A DNA stretch of 63,799 nt, the filler included, from Lenisia limosa (lineage: Eukaryota > Protista > Breviatea): assembly GCA_001655205.1 (NCBI GenBank). It is 13 parts of 13 records of this genome, joined end to end, with 100 filler letters (N's around TTAATTAATTAA, not from the genome) between each part and the next. Parts side by side here need not be neighbours in the genome. Positions count along the whole stretch, not along the records: positions 15,199 to 26,976 come from LPNZ01003343.1; positions 27,077 to 29,589 come from LPNZ01001994.1; positions 29,690 to 34,954 come from LPNZ01003593.1; positions 35,055 to 50,226 come from LPNZ01006357.1; 9 more parts are not named here. One strand, given 5' to 3'. Positions 25,121 through 38,371 of the stretch are shown here, in pieces. The translations under genes were made by a program, and so were the position numbers. Below the pieces are notes generated by a model, which saw nothing but the letters and a program-made list of their open reading frames with translations, ran no database searches and was not told the origin of the DNA. Position 1 is the first letter of the stretch. Each line of letters begins with the position of its first letter.

Positions 25121-26860
25121 TTACTCAGTCCTCTGTCTCTTTTCCATGTTGCCAGTAATGGAATCATCTTGCTTACGTGCCAGCGCGCGTAATCTTGTCA
25201 ATCGCTGCTGCTGCTTCTAAAACGGTCAGTGGCAATGATCTGAACGCTAGCTTCACAGCTCCAATTCTCACATCCAAAAGGCCTGCTTTGACTTCATTGA
25301 GACGAGATTGGATGCTCTCAGCGGTCTAAACAATAAAAGGATGGATGGTATTGAAATGAGTTACTGATGTGGACTTAAATATCAACATCAAAACCAAATG
25401 AAGGCCTTGTTATAATAGGTATCAAGACAACTTTAGAGAAGACAGTGTGAAAAGGAAGGAAGCGTATAATTCATAATTTTTCTATGAAAAAGTAATGAGA
25501 AATAATAAGACGTTGTATCAGCATTAAGGTAATACAGCATACCATACCATATGATGATATTGAAAGAAAGGTCAACAGAAATCCAATCATAACATGGTGC
25601 TTATTTGAAAAATCCTATCCAATCTGTGATTTAAAAAAATAAGGTTGTATCTGGCCGTAGCCGTCCACACCATCACACTTATAAGAGTTATTGTAGGACA
25701 CAGTACATGCCCACCATCTGCTGCTTTGTCACCAACGCAAGCCCGGCCTGGGCATCTTCCATGGCCTCAGCCAAAACTTCCATCAGTTTCTCACGTGACT
25801 CAGCCTACAGCAATCAGCGGCCTTTGAGGGCGTCCCTATGGGCCAAAAAAGACAGGATGCAAAACATGAAGCCATGCAATAATGGCAACACCGATAATTA
25901 TTGATGGTTTATCAAGCAATTTTATTATTATTGAGACCATTGGGAGTCTGAACGTGGACTCAGCTTCCCTTTACTCTTTCCTAATTCATTGTTGGATAGA
26001 GCCAGAAAATAGATGCTGTTATTTCTTTATTCAAAGGCGGTAGTATCACGGAAGCTTACTTCGGCTAAGATTGCAGTAAGTCTAGCAGAAAGAATGGAAA
26101 GAGACGAGTCAATTTCATGGAGGGTAACGGCACGACTTGTGTTTCCTAAGTTGTGAGGCTATTATCTACTCCTACAAAAGAGTAACATTCTATGAATATC
26201 AATACCATTAGGGATAGAATTATTAGACGATAGTGATACACTCTGATAGTAATCAGTATTTTGAAGAGAGAAAAAAATAATAATAATAATAATAAAGCAA
26301 ATTCAAAATATGATATATATATCGATATATGTATTATGCTGATATTACGTGTTGAATAGGATCGCATTTTAGATTCAAAATACCTTCAAGAAGATCAGTA
26401 ATACTTTCGGGGAAAACTTCCTCCATTGAGGCTTTCACATTGGATGACGTGTGGTTGAGGTTCTTAACAGTCANNNNNNNNNNNNNNNNNNNNNNNNNNN
26501 NNNNNNNNNNNNNNNNNNNNNNNNNNNNNNNNNNNNNNNNNNNNNNNNNNNNNNNNNNNNNNNNNNNNNNNNNNNNNNNNNNNNNNNNNNNNNNNNNNNN
26601 NNNNNNNNAGCTGCTACTTACTTCATAGCTTGAGGATAATTCAGTAGGAACATTGGGAAGGAAGGCTGAAGATGATGTGGGAGTGGAAGAAGGAATTTGG
26701 AGGGGAATCGGGTCAGCCTCGGTGTCAACTTCATTTGAGTGTCTCTGTGAAAATCAGACCCGAATCTGTTTTACTGTAACATGGTAGAGTACAAACCTGA
26801 TAGGCGGCGATCTCTTGATCTATGTCATTTGCAGGTGATGGAGGGCGAAGACTGGAGGAT
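25121..26860 (-). CDS. Multi-exon coiled-coil hypothetical protein, 5' partial
   Basis: Exons NDIDQEIAAYQ, LHEIDSSLSILSARLTAILAE, AESREKLMEVLAEAMEDAQAGLALVTKQQM, AESIQSRLNEVKAGLLD and KQQQRLTRLRALARKQ..RTE*. Confidence 0.6.
25633..25673 (-). repeat. Family B short intronic repeat
   Basis: Sense strand reads TGGTGTGGACGGCTACGGCCAGATACAACCTTATTTTTTT; homologues at 39367, 45761, 52480, 28981 and 47958. Confidence 0.75.
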
Positions 26861-27076
26861 TATACCACCATAAGGGCACGTATGTACATATGTAGAGCAT
26901 ACATTTTTTCTGTAGGGAAAAAAACAAGGGGGGGGGGGGATCCAAAATCCATTTCTCCCATCTTACTCCGGGGTGANNNNNNNNNNNNNNNNNNNNNNNN
27001 NNNNNNNNNNNNNNNNNNNNTTAATTAATTAANNNNNNNNNNNNNNNNNNNNNNNNNNNNNNNNNNNNNNNNNNNN

Positions 27077-29589
27077 ACACACACGAATCAAGGCCTTGGG
27101 AGAGCCATTCCTGCCCAATTGCTAGGTACTTCTTCGCAGTCTCAACAACACTGTAGGGGTGAACTGGGAAGGGAGGACAAAAATAATAACGCAAAGAATC
27201 CTCGTGTGTTGTCAGGCAACAGAGTTGATTCGGGGTTTTTTTTTTCATAACTGTTACAATTGTACTCCCCCTCCCCCCACCTTGCCCTTGATTCGTCCAA
27301 AATGTCCTCGGGACGAGCGTTCATTAGCACCAGCAAGTCGTCTGCAGGGTTATTGAGCAGTCATACTCCCATCGTGGAAGGCCCTTTTGAACACCCCACC
27401 CACCCTGCGCGGTCTTTGGTAGAACCTCGGTCCGAACACTGAACAAACGGGCTGATGGCGGTACAGTGTAGATCTGGCAGATCCTCCTAGTAAAGTCCAA
27501 AAGCGTCTTGCTGCCTTCCATGGGGTGAGCAGGCGGTCCTGTGCGTAAGAGAATGCATGAATAAATACATGGAGGTCCTTAGCATAGAAGAATGGCATCG
27601 GGCACGAGGAACTCAACTTTAATCCTNNNNNNNNNNNNNNNNNNNNNNNNNNNNNNNNNNNNNNNNNNNNNNNNNNNNNNNNNNNNNNNNNNNNNNNNNN
27701 NNNNNNNNNNNNNNNNNNNNNNNNNNNNNNNNNNNNNNNNNNNNNNNNNNNNNNNNNNNNNNNNNNNNNNNNNNNNNNNTCCGTAATCTGCGGAATGTGA
27801 AGACAGCACTGGGCTATTCCCTCCTCGAATTACACTTGTTACCCCTCTATTTCATTTTTTCTCCCTCTCCCTTCCTTTAACTTATCGCTCTCACTATACT
27901 CCCCACTATCTATGTTTACCTCCCCCAGAATACTTATGCCAGGGAATAATCCCAAACATGCCAGGACTACTAGGTCATTCTCGATTGTCGAAATATGTCG
28001 AGAATCAAAAGAATAGTGCTATGCTTTGTGTTGATATGAGAACTGTTTGAAGAGAAGAAAGTAGAATAGTGAAGAAAAGAAGAAAATAAAAAGCAAAAGA
28101 AAGTAGTACCCGCAAACATCGTCTATATCCTGGACCTGATGGGGCTCGGAAGGGACCTTAGGGTAGACATGCACAAGGTTGGCGAGGGCGATGAGGCGTG
28201 ATGTCACCCCCGTCACGGTGTGCAGGAGACTGCTCTCGTCCACGGAGGTGATAGAAAAGTCCGGGTACTGGGGGGAGGGGGGTGAGGGAATTGAAGGGAA
28301 ATGGAATATTGACAAAACAAAACCCATGATCGAATCTCTTGTATATCCACAATGTAAAAACCAATGCCTTGTTGTAAATACTCCAAGTGAGGGTATTATG
28401 GTGAAAGGTTGTCTTCTTACCTTGTAACAGATATTTGAAAGAACGTTCAACGCATCAATCATGACGGAAAGGTTTCCTTCTGAGCGGGTTGCCTAATATG
28501 GTAACTATAAATAGCAGGTTGCCTGATATAGTAACTCGAGAGCAAGAGGGAAAAAAGAACAATGCTAATCAATTAACCCACAATTGAAAGAAGGGCGGAC
28601 ATCGCTCGAGTGCTCTGTTGCTCCACAGCCGTTCGTGTCTGAAGCAATTAGTAGCAAAATCATGGTCTGCAGCAAGGTTTCCAAAGAGACAAAGCAACCA
28701 TTGACACCAAAAAACAGAGAAAAGAGGAGGAAAACAATGGACGCTCTTTTCAATGTGAAGACAGGACCAATCCATCACAAACAAAAGATCATGCAATAAA
28801 AAGTGTATCGTTAATCAAAAAAAAGTACTTGTTAACTTTTCAGTCCCGCCAACCTCAGAAACTACAAGCTCAATTAGACCGAAAACTCTGCGTTGCAGCA
28901 TTGTCCAGTTTGTTTGGGCGGAAGCCGTCATAGCTACGGGACGTCATTCAAAATATGACCCATACAATATGATATAGAGTAATGAGAAATAAACAATAAG
29001 GTTTTATCAGGCCGTCCGATACATACTGGCACTCCCCCTAAGGTATCATTCTAATCCTTTGGGAAATGCCCTTGTCACCCAACACTCTTCCTTCAAATGC
29101 ATGCGTTCCCTACACGGAGCCTTATAAACCCCCACACAAGAAGCCAAGGTGGAGTCAACATCCGGCCCGAGGTTGAACCACGGTGACGGAAGTAAGGCCC
29201 ATAATCCGGCTTGGTTCAGGACAATGTGCGGCTTACTAGGGGAGTAAAATTGGAAAATTTATGCAACAAAAAAAAAATCAACTCAGTTTAGCAACACACG
29301 ATCCTCCTACTCACACCACCCCTTCCCAGGTACGCCCCCTCCTACCAGGTACACGAGAATACTGCGGGATAGAGGTTCAGCATGAAGAACTGCACCAGGG
29401 GATACTCTCTGATCCCGGTCACATTTGCACAAGGCAGAAGCAAAGTTCAGATTACGGGGTTGAAAGAAATCAGCGATCCGATCATAGACCCTCCCACATA
29501 TTGCATATTCTGAACGCCTTGTTCGGCCGGCTTGGTCTTGAGCTCTGTTGGAAGAGGGAAGACAATCCGTCTAACACCAGAACGGCCGC
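27077..29589 (-). CDS. Multi-exon hypothetical protein, partial at both ends
   Basis: Splice-flanked open segments: RRIVFPLPTELKTKPAEQGVQNMQY, SVDESSLLHTVTGVTSRLIALANLVHVYPK, DDLLVLMNARPEDILDESRAR, VVETAKKYLAIGQEWLSQG. No family recognised. Confidence 0.5.
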
Positions 29590-29868
29590 NNNNNNNNNNN
29601 NNNNNNNNNNNNNNNNNNNNNNNNNNNNNNNNNTTAATTAATTAANNNNNNNNNNNNNNNNNNNNNNNNNNNNNNNNNNNNNNNNNNNNGTACGCTGTAC
29701 GAGAGTGCATGATGTGATGGCAAGGTCATTATAGAGCCCTCCCCCAAAAATCCATTTTTATACGGATTTGAAACCAAAAGAAATTAAAAATGGTTCAAAA
29801 TCTTCGAAATACGGTATTGCACATGGGTCCAAATCATTAAGACAACCATCCAGGTTAGCTTGGCCCAC

Positions 29869-32800
29869 TTTGAACTTATTGAGAGCGCCGAGACGATTGG
29901 GCTGGGACATTTGACCGTGGAGGGGGATGGCGCTGAAGCCAAGGTTCCGGAGCTGGGGGAGGGGGGAGGGGTAAAACGAAGGAAATTTCAAAGAAGAATA
30001 TTGGCGTAAAGGTGGGGGTAAAACGAAGGAGATTTCGTAAACTAAGAAAATTTCGATGATGAATGGTAAACTGGAGCTGCCGGAACAGAGCATTAACTTT
30101 TGTTTATGGTACCAGAGTATTATTTGTGTAAGCCCAGAATATATTAAAAATTTTCTTTGCTCTCAATATGCAGTCGGACGCCCGCCTACGAGGAACGCCA
30201 CTCTCTGCGTCGACGCGCAAGTCATTGTGAAGACAATGGCTGTGTTTCCACGATACTCGTTCAGGAGGTACACCAGATAAATATCCTGGCGTGAACATTA
30301 AACAAAGGAAATAACATATATACATTTATATATACTAGTACTATTATATGATATATCATACTATTATGCACAAGAAGGGTTCCTAAGAAGAAAAAAAAGT
30401 CAAAGCTGCCTGTTACCTTGTACTTGGCAGGAATGAACACGTAGTTTTGAATGAGAGTCTTCACAACCTAAAAAGGTTATTCACTGGTAGAGCTTCACTT
30501 TCGGTTCCAACAGGCATGAAAAATATCAATTTATCAAGAATTTATCGATAATTCAGTCTTATCTAGAAATGGCAAGCGTATTTCCCGGGTTGAAAGCGCC
30601 TCATTAATTAGGTTGCTGTATCGAGAACTACCATCTGTCCCAAGTGATTACTGCACACAGACTCTTACCCCTTCCCACTTGGAACTTGGACGAGACCTCC
30701 ACTTTGACAGGGTTGCTTAGCGCCGCACGCTGGAGCTTGTCAACCTGGGGGAGGGTGTAAATTGAAATATTATGAAACAAAAAACGACCAAAATCAACTT
30801 TGTCAGCTCAAAACATGTGACACAACGAGGTTGAAAAACAAAACCCAGGTCAGAGTAAAAGTATATAGACATCTTCACCCAAATTCCTTCCATTTGTTAA
30901 CCATTGTAAATAATATCATATGTTAACATGAAAGTCCCACCTTAGAAGTCATGGTCGCGGAGTAGAGGTAGGTGGTGCGCTGTCTCGGCATTTGCTGGGT
31001 GGTCATCGGAGAGGAATTGTTTTTTTGTGATAACAAAAAAAAAGCAACTCTTTGTTAGCAGGCAGGAGGCTCTTTTATAGTAATACAGGCCATGTCTTAA
31101 CAGCCCCTCGAACCTTCAGGAGCTCATTAACCTCCTCCTCAAACTCCTTATTCAGCAGGCGATCAGCTTCATCAAGAACCTGGGTGGGTAAATAAGATCA
31201 GGCGATCAACTTCATCAAGAACCTGAGTGGGTAAATAAGATCACAATTAGCGTAAATGAGTAACCAAGTCAATTCTACCAGGGAAGGAAGAGATGATATG
31301 CAATATAATCTACATGTATGTATGTGCAACAATATTTATTACAGAAGAGCCCTCCCCCCCTCACGAGATATTTGAAGGTTCTCAGGCTGAATCCCTTAGT
31401 GTTTCGCACGTGATCAACCAAACGACCTGTTTTGGGTCATTGCTTAATGAGGAATAGAGTGTCGGGACCTCAATAACCAACATAAAACAAACTAGACGGA
31501 GTAGCCCAGGACTATTATTAAATCCTATCACTGGTCTCTTGCACCCATCCCTACCAGGAGTAGCGATGACGACATGCGGGCGCTTGGCTAGGCCGACAGC
31601 TTGACTGACCTGGTCTGGCGAGGTCAATGAATAGAATATGAAGCAAAATGAGAAAAGTTACGGGTATTCATAAACAACTAGAGCTTCACTTCGGTTCGAA
31701 AAAGACCGGTAAAATATCGATGGTTTTCGAGGATTTATCGAGAAATTCTGTCTTTTTCGAACCGAAGTGAAGCCCTACAAACAACAGAAAAACGGAGATC
31801 GGGTGGACGGCTTCAGCCAGATACTCCTTTATTATTTCGCAATTCAACACATTAAATGACCATATTAATTACATTCTCCACACATATAATCCACACTCAC
31901 TCTGTAAGATTAATTGCCAACTATTCGCCCACTCTTTACAGTCATTCGGTTTTGATAAACCCCCTCACCTACACCACCGACAATGCAGCTACATTTGACT
32001 CCGATGGTTGACCCCAACGCATCAAACGTTTCCATAATCTGGAACGCCAATTCCCTGGTCGATTAGGTATCATGAAAAAAGACTAACTCCATGTCAAGTT
32101 GTGGATGACAAACCCAAGATGAACAGCATGAGTTTCAAAACTCTATACCGTCCCCCACACCTCCAAAAGTAAAAGTAAAGGTCGTAATAGTTACATGATA
32201 TATGATATATTATATGATCTTGATACATTATGTGGCAAAATGAAAAAAATAACAAGTTTTTGAGTGTATGTTGTAGAGCTGAGCCATTATTCCCGAAATC
32301 CCTTAAAAATTTATATGGTGCTTGAACATCCTTACTCCAACGCTCACCTAGTGGGAGCTAAGACAAGGGCAAACAGTCCTTGAGGCTCTTTCAGGAGGCT
32401 AAAACGTGAATACACTGATCCTAGGTGTCTTTTGGAGGAGTTTTTAAACATAGATCTTTTATACTTGACAACAATGCAAAAAAAAAAGAATATGTTGAAA
32501 TCTCTTCTGATTCCCACATGCCTTTCTATGAGAGCCAAATTGAATATGTTATTGTGAAATCCCCACCCAATCGTCTAACTTCCCCCACAAACCTGTTGAT
32601 GATCGGAATAGCAAACGCACCGGTTTTACCACTACCAGTCTCAGCAAGACCAATTACGTCACGGCCTAATGGGTTAGTGTGAGTTTGATGAGGAGAAGAT
32701 TGCCTCAATGTCATTCTGAGCAAAAGCTGATGATCGTCAATAAAATATCATCTCAATCACAACTGAAATATCACTCACAAAACATGAATATATTACAGCC

Positions 32801-33053
32801 ATATTTAATTGTTGAATGAACATGCTAATGATATTTCATGAACAAAGAAGATCAATCACGAGTGATCACCTGCCATGGCTTCAGGAAGGGATTCCCTCTG
32901 GATAGGAGTTGCCTTTTTCCATCCACAAGCGTCAATAGCCTCAAGAAGGGGAGCCTCGAGCTTAAGCTCGCTGAAAAGAACATCCTTTTCCTCAACTTCG
33001 GGCGGTGCAAGACCGGCATTCTGCTGTTCAATATCACTGTCACTGTCTGACAT
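29869..33053 (-). CDS. DDX47: DEAD-box RNA helicase DDX47/Rrp3, 3' end truncated
   Basis: [14 protein letters not shown] (Q motif), [119 protein letters not shown]. Confidence 0.95.
30745..30849 (-). repeat. Family E intron 3'-end element (DDX47 intron)
   Basis: cctgggttttgtttttcaacctcgttgtg...gacaaagttgattttgg...ttgtttcataatatttcaatttacaccctccccc-ag, ending at the acceptor of the VDKLQRA exon. Confidence 0.75.
31156..31241 (-). repeat. 43-bp tandem duplication spanning a splice acceptor and the DEAD motif
   Basis: Copies at 31156-31198 and 31199-31241 differ at 2 positions. Confidence 0.95.
31679..31777. mobile_element. MITE family A, near-consensus copy
   Basis: TAGAGCTTCACTTCGGTTCGAAAAAGAC...GTCTTTTTCGAACCGAAGTGAAGCCCTA; TSD taaacaac/caaacaac. 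Confidence 0.9.
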
Positions 33054-33267
33054 TATTAAGACTCAAAAAGAGCTGAAATTTGCATCTTTTTTGTGAAAAG
33101 GCGAGGGGGGCGCCCGTCGGTCGACCGGAACTTCGTAAGTCATTATTTGCTTTTTAAAAATCGCCCTCTTAACATTACAGGGACGTATTTGTATCTATAT
33201 TTTGAGCTAGAATAAGAACATACCCATATTTGCGTGAATCATCTGCATCTAAGTCGGATTCTTCACA

Positions 33268-34954
33268 ATGGTAAGTACAGCCGTTGCCAGGCTCTTTCTT
33301 ACTGCGTTATTGACTGATTTTAGAGCGAAACAGGCATTCATCCCGACCGTGTAAGCTGGGTTTCTCTTGTTGTGAAGATGGCGTCTTCCTCATATTATCA
33401 CTGTTACAATCATACCCTCCTATTGTCGCCTAATTTGGAAGAACCTGATAAAAGTGTGCGTTTAGTCCAAAGGGTTGTGTCATCTTGGGGAGGGAGGGGG
33501 GTCCAAGATAAGTACAGGAAAGAGTCACAAATGTCGCATCTACTCTCCCCTGCCTTATAAGAATGACCTGCTGCAGCAGCGTCAGATTGCTGAGGGTCCC
33601 GTGGGTCGCCCCGAAGACATGCAGCGTGACAGGCCTGGCCTCCCTGTTTCTCGAAGTGGGGGGGGGGTTCTTCTTCATTCCTTTTCATACTTTCGCAGAA
33701 CGGATGTGTTAAGGATGGCTAACTCGTGGGCAATCCCCAAAGTAATTCGCTGCATATATTAAGGACTAAGGAAGCCAATTCCCTCCATCTCCACCCCACC
33801 TCGCATTATTTCCCACAAGTACTTTTACACCAATAATCTTCACTGACATTTCCTTCCTTTTACGTACGCTGGAGTGATGGGATGCCGTGCTGCAGAAGCG
33901 NNNNNNNNNNNNNNNNNNNNNNNNNNNNNNNNNNNNNNNNNNNNNNNNNNNNNNNNNNNNNNNNNNNNNNNNNNNNNNNNNNNNNNNNNGGATTTTTTTG
34001 TGTCATAAATTTTACCCCTCCCCCTTTATATTCCCCTGCTATCAGGAGCTGACTGCCGTTTAGAGAAGCAACGTATGGGTCCCATGCCTACGCCTTGCAA
34101 GATCTACAAGGTGGACAGGGTGCCATGATTCCCATGAGTTGATTTTTGCCTTCTTTTATCTCATACCTTTTCCCTTTTTTATATTCTTCATCGAAATTTA
34201 TTTCGTTTTAAGAATCAGTCTTTTGTTTACTCTTTAGGGCAAGATTAAGTCGATCCAGAACTACGGAGCCTTTGTCGAAATGAAGGGATTCGCGAACGAA
34301 GGTTGGTACCCCCCCCCCNNNNNNNNNNNNNNNNNNNNNNNNNNNNNNNNNNNNNNNNNTATTATATATCGATATATCGCTGATACACACAACAGCAGCA
34401 AAATCGATATGTCGCTGAAACACACAGCAGCAGCAAAACAAGATCAAACTCGAATGAATGTGTAATATACCTCTCCTGTTTTCCTTTCACCCTCTTCTTT
34501 TTGGATTGCAGCTACATAGTAGTTTGAATCATTTGGGGATTAGCCTCGCCTTACAGATTTTCCACCGTCAACGTTTTTATTTTTTTTGATGCTGTGAGAA
34601 ACGACATGGGCATTTCTGGTGCTTTAAATCGTTTTGCTCACAGGTTTTTGTGTAATAAGTGTCCCTTTTCACCACCACCCACCCAGGACTGGTGCACGTT
34701 TCCGAAATGAGTCAGTACCGAATTGATAAACCGGAGGATGTGGTGTCGGTCGGAGATAAGGTGGGAGGAGTATTTTCATGCGCATTTATGCTCTTCTTTC
34801 GATTCATTTGGGGGAGGTATTATGTTCATAGTGTCCATATCATATACTATTATTATAAATGTGCGTTAGTATAGTTTACTTTAAATCCATGTATAAGCAC
34901 AGTCTACTTACTATCCAGGTTTATGTCAAGGTCATGGCTGTGACGGTATGGGGT
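33268..34954 (+). CDS. S1 RNA-binding domain protein (ZCCHC17/pNO40-like or Prp22-type S1), 3' truncated
   Basis: PMPTPCKIYK|GKIKSIQNYGAFVEMKGFANEG|LVHVSEMSQYRIDKPEDVVSVGDK|VYVKVMAV forms a complete S1 fold across phase-compatible exons. The N-terminus MSETGIHPDR starts from an ATG-only first coding exon. Confidence 0.8.
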
Positions 34955-35079
34955 NNNNNNNNNNNNNNNNNNNNNNNNNNNNNNNNNNNNNNNNNNNNTT
35001 AATTAATTAANNNNNNNNNNNNNNNNNNNNNNNNNNNNNNNNNNNNNNNNNNNNAACACTTGAAATTCAAATTGTCTGA

Positions 35080-37720
35080 TATACCTTGAACCTACTTCTG
35101 TCTGTAGTTCGGAATAAAGGCTACCGGGTTCCCATCAAGCTTTAGGACTTCCAATGTGGTGAACCTATTCCGTTAACATCAAGAGCTAGGGTTTCCCTAT
35201 GGTCGAAAAAGACCGTTTTAATATCGATATTTATTGAGGATTTATCGAGATACTCAGTCTTTTGAGCTTATAAGTTGTGCTCCAACCTTCCAAGTCCGTC
35301 AAGTGTCTGGATACGGCAGTCCTCGACACTCAGGAGTTTGATAGCTGGCATCATGGGCAAGTTCTTGAGGGAGGTGAAGTCATTACGTCCAACGTAGGCT
35401 TCCTGTCATGGTAAGTTTGATTCACACCGTGCATTAACAAAAGTGATATTATATTGATACAAATTGCATCCCTCCCCTCGTACCCGACAACACTGCCAGT
35501 AACATCCCGAAATATCTGAAAGGAAGTTGTTGGAAATATTGATCTTCACAGCAGCCTTCAGATTCTGAAGTGTAAAGCATCCTGCAAGAGATTGCCATGT
35601 TAGTGATCATAATTCAGGAAGTCAACACTTTCCAGTCACCTTCAGGACTCTCATTGAGTTGTGCTTTTGGTACTTATCGCCAAGATCTTGATAGGAAAAA
35701 TTCACATTCTGGAGTATTAATCGGCCTTGCTCAGCAACAAAACCTATTGTAAATTGAACAGAAAAACCAAGAAGGCTCCAAATATATCATATGATATGTA
35801 CTTGCGAAAAAGTAAGCGAGTACCAAATTCTAAATTGCACGCTTGCTTAGAATTCACCATCACATACCACAGACTCATGTAGCTGTTCAGACTGGGTGAT
35901 AAGCCTCTCATTTGTAGCTGTTGTTGTGACTCGGGTCTTAGGAACACTTCCATCCTGGGTGGAATGATATTTGCTCTCAAGAGAACACAGCAAGTTGCGA
36001 GAGGACAAACCTCGTTTTCGATCCTCCTCTCTGCACCTTCAACTGCTCGGAGGTCTTTCTAAGTGCATTAAAACAGAACCGCCTGTATATAATTTGATAT
36101 GCATTAGAAAGATAAGTATCATTTTCTCTTATTCGTCAGAAATGATTTCAACCATGGGTTGAGTCACAACCGAGGCTTCACTTCCCGTATCAGGATTTTT
36201 ATATTAACATCGGGGAGGAGTACATGCATACTGCGACAAGGGGCAAATATGAGTCAAGAGGAGCACGATGGAACGACGGGTGATCTCCGGGAGGGCCTGA
36301 GGTATCAGATATTTCTTTATGTTACATATTCAGTTTGGCTGGATCTGACAAGCTATTTTGTGATTCATTTGTCTGGGTCTAATAACAATAGTAGTAAAGT
36401 AGGTGTATAAGTCCACCCACGCACCCATTCGGACACGGGGAGCGGTAAGGGGTACTTTTGTCGGTTTTCCTTCGAGAGCAGGAACTTCGTGCCATCTGAA
36501 AGGGGGTTGAGGGATGGAGGGGAGGTATAAAGGGGGTTGAGGGATGGAGGGGAGGTATAAAACGCATAAAAACGAAATTGATAGTGATTTTTTTGTTAGA
36601 GGAAGCGTACCTCATAAACTCCTTGTTAAAGGCCGAACATTTCTAAATTATCAGCACAACGTTCAAAGCTAATAGCCTCCCTTCATAATTCAGACCCTCC
36701 TCACATAATCGGGCATTCTATGATCTTCTTCAAGCTCATCTTCTTCCCTGTCCTAACACGGTAATAAGGATGGTGAAAAATGTTAGTAGAAAAGTGATAA
36801 TTACGAAATACGACTTCCCTCCAAACTTCCACTGCCACTTCATTAACAGGTGGAGGCTTAGCAAAGTGGCTTTGAACAGCTGAAAAGTGAGTGGAGTGCA
36901 ATCGCTGATATAAATAAAAATGTTGCTTGATATCAATTAATCTTCTTTGAAAATATATAAAAACTCCTTATAGTGAAACAGGCCTATACAATCAATATGA
37001 TATTTGTTTTCGAGCAAAAGTAGAAACATCAGAGCATGAGTGCCAAAAGAGATAAATTTAAGTTGGTTTTCGGTACTAGAGAGAAAACCCTCTTCACCTT
37101 GCTGTCCAAATTGCTGGCCTTGATATCGCTGGCCTCCTGAAGAATAAATAACCACTAAAAAGGTGTTGACCACAGCAGTCCAATAAGAGCAAAATAAACT
37201 CATACACCACGCAATTCGAACCTTGGAAGAGGGTGGAGGGAGGCTCGTTCTGCCAATCATCGTCAACATCCACTGGCATGATCTCATCCTCCCCATCATC
37301 TCCCATCATCATCGGACTGTGGGTGTCATAAGAAGCTGTCCTTGTTTTGTTGTTCATTTCTACTCCACTCACTCCATTACAAACTCTAACGGCTCATTTT
37401 GAGCATCCGCATCCATGGCTTCCATCCCATCTGGGGGATTAGGAAAATCGTTGTACATTTCAACACCCAAATCGAAAAAGATGACACACCTCAATTTATT
37501 TGTCTCACTACACTTCTTTTTTTGTATTATTTTTTTTATCTCAAATCCACATTTAGAAGGGCATAAAAGATGGCAAATATGGATACTAATTAGAAATACT
37601 GCGAGAAATTCAGTCTAATCTGGGACAACCCCTCCCCCCACCAGGCCTCTCAAGTGACATGGTCGCCTCAGTTCGCCTTAGGATGCGGCCTTCCTCCATC
37701 AGATGCGCATGCACCTGAGG
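35080..37720 (-). CDS. Leucine-rich repeat protein (SDS22-like LRRs with LRR cap) with an acidic N-terminus
   Basis: DLGDKYQK, LKAAVKINISNNFLSDISG, EAYVGRNDFTSLKNLPMMPAIKLLSVEDCRIQTLDGL, LKLDGNPVAFIPNYRQK (GNP..YR cap). Start uncertain. Confidence 0.75.
36499..36558. repeat. 30-bp perfect tandem duplication of a C-rich pre-acceptor tract
   Basis: AAAGGGGGTTGAGGGATGGAGGGGAGGTAT x2, immediately upstream of a minus-strand acceptor. Confidence 0.9.
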
Positions 37721-38371
37721 GTCTGCCGTTCACTGCAGAAAGATCAGATGCTTGGTGTTATGATATACATTTTTCATTTGACATGTTATGATCAAAGCAG
37801 AAGGCAGGATTAAAAGAAATGGACACTACTAATACGGTTATTTCTGTACCTCACCCACACATAGCAAAACAGTGGATATTTATTCATCACAATGAAAGGA
37901 AGGGATCCAATTGGGCCCAGTAAATGGATTGAATAGAACAAGGGCATAAATGGTATTTATCTCAGTCACCAGCTACCCTACCTCAACAGCAAATTCAGAC
38001 TTCAATCAATCAACTTCTTCTATCCTTCTATCAGCCTGCTATATTCCGTTGTAGAGCCCGCTTGGATCGAAAGGCCTGATGTCGTCAAGGGCTTCGGAAA
38101 GTATGTCGGTTTGTTGGGTGCCAGCTCTGTCACTTTTTCTTCTTTGATGTTATCAGTGTCGTGTTTTTTGTTTATTATACGAGTTAGAAGAGGAAGAGGG
38201 CAAAGCACAAATAAGAACATTTAGGATTGTGAAATAATAAAATATCATGGGGGCTCCTCAAAGATGAACCCTATTTATAGCCCTTTTTTAGCCCTTGTTG
38301 ATACCCAGTTGATACCACAGTATACGGTAAATAAAGCAAATCTCTAACAGAAGAGACGCCTTTCTGTCGAG

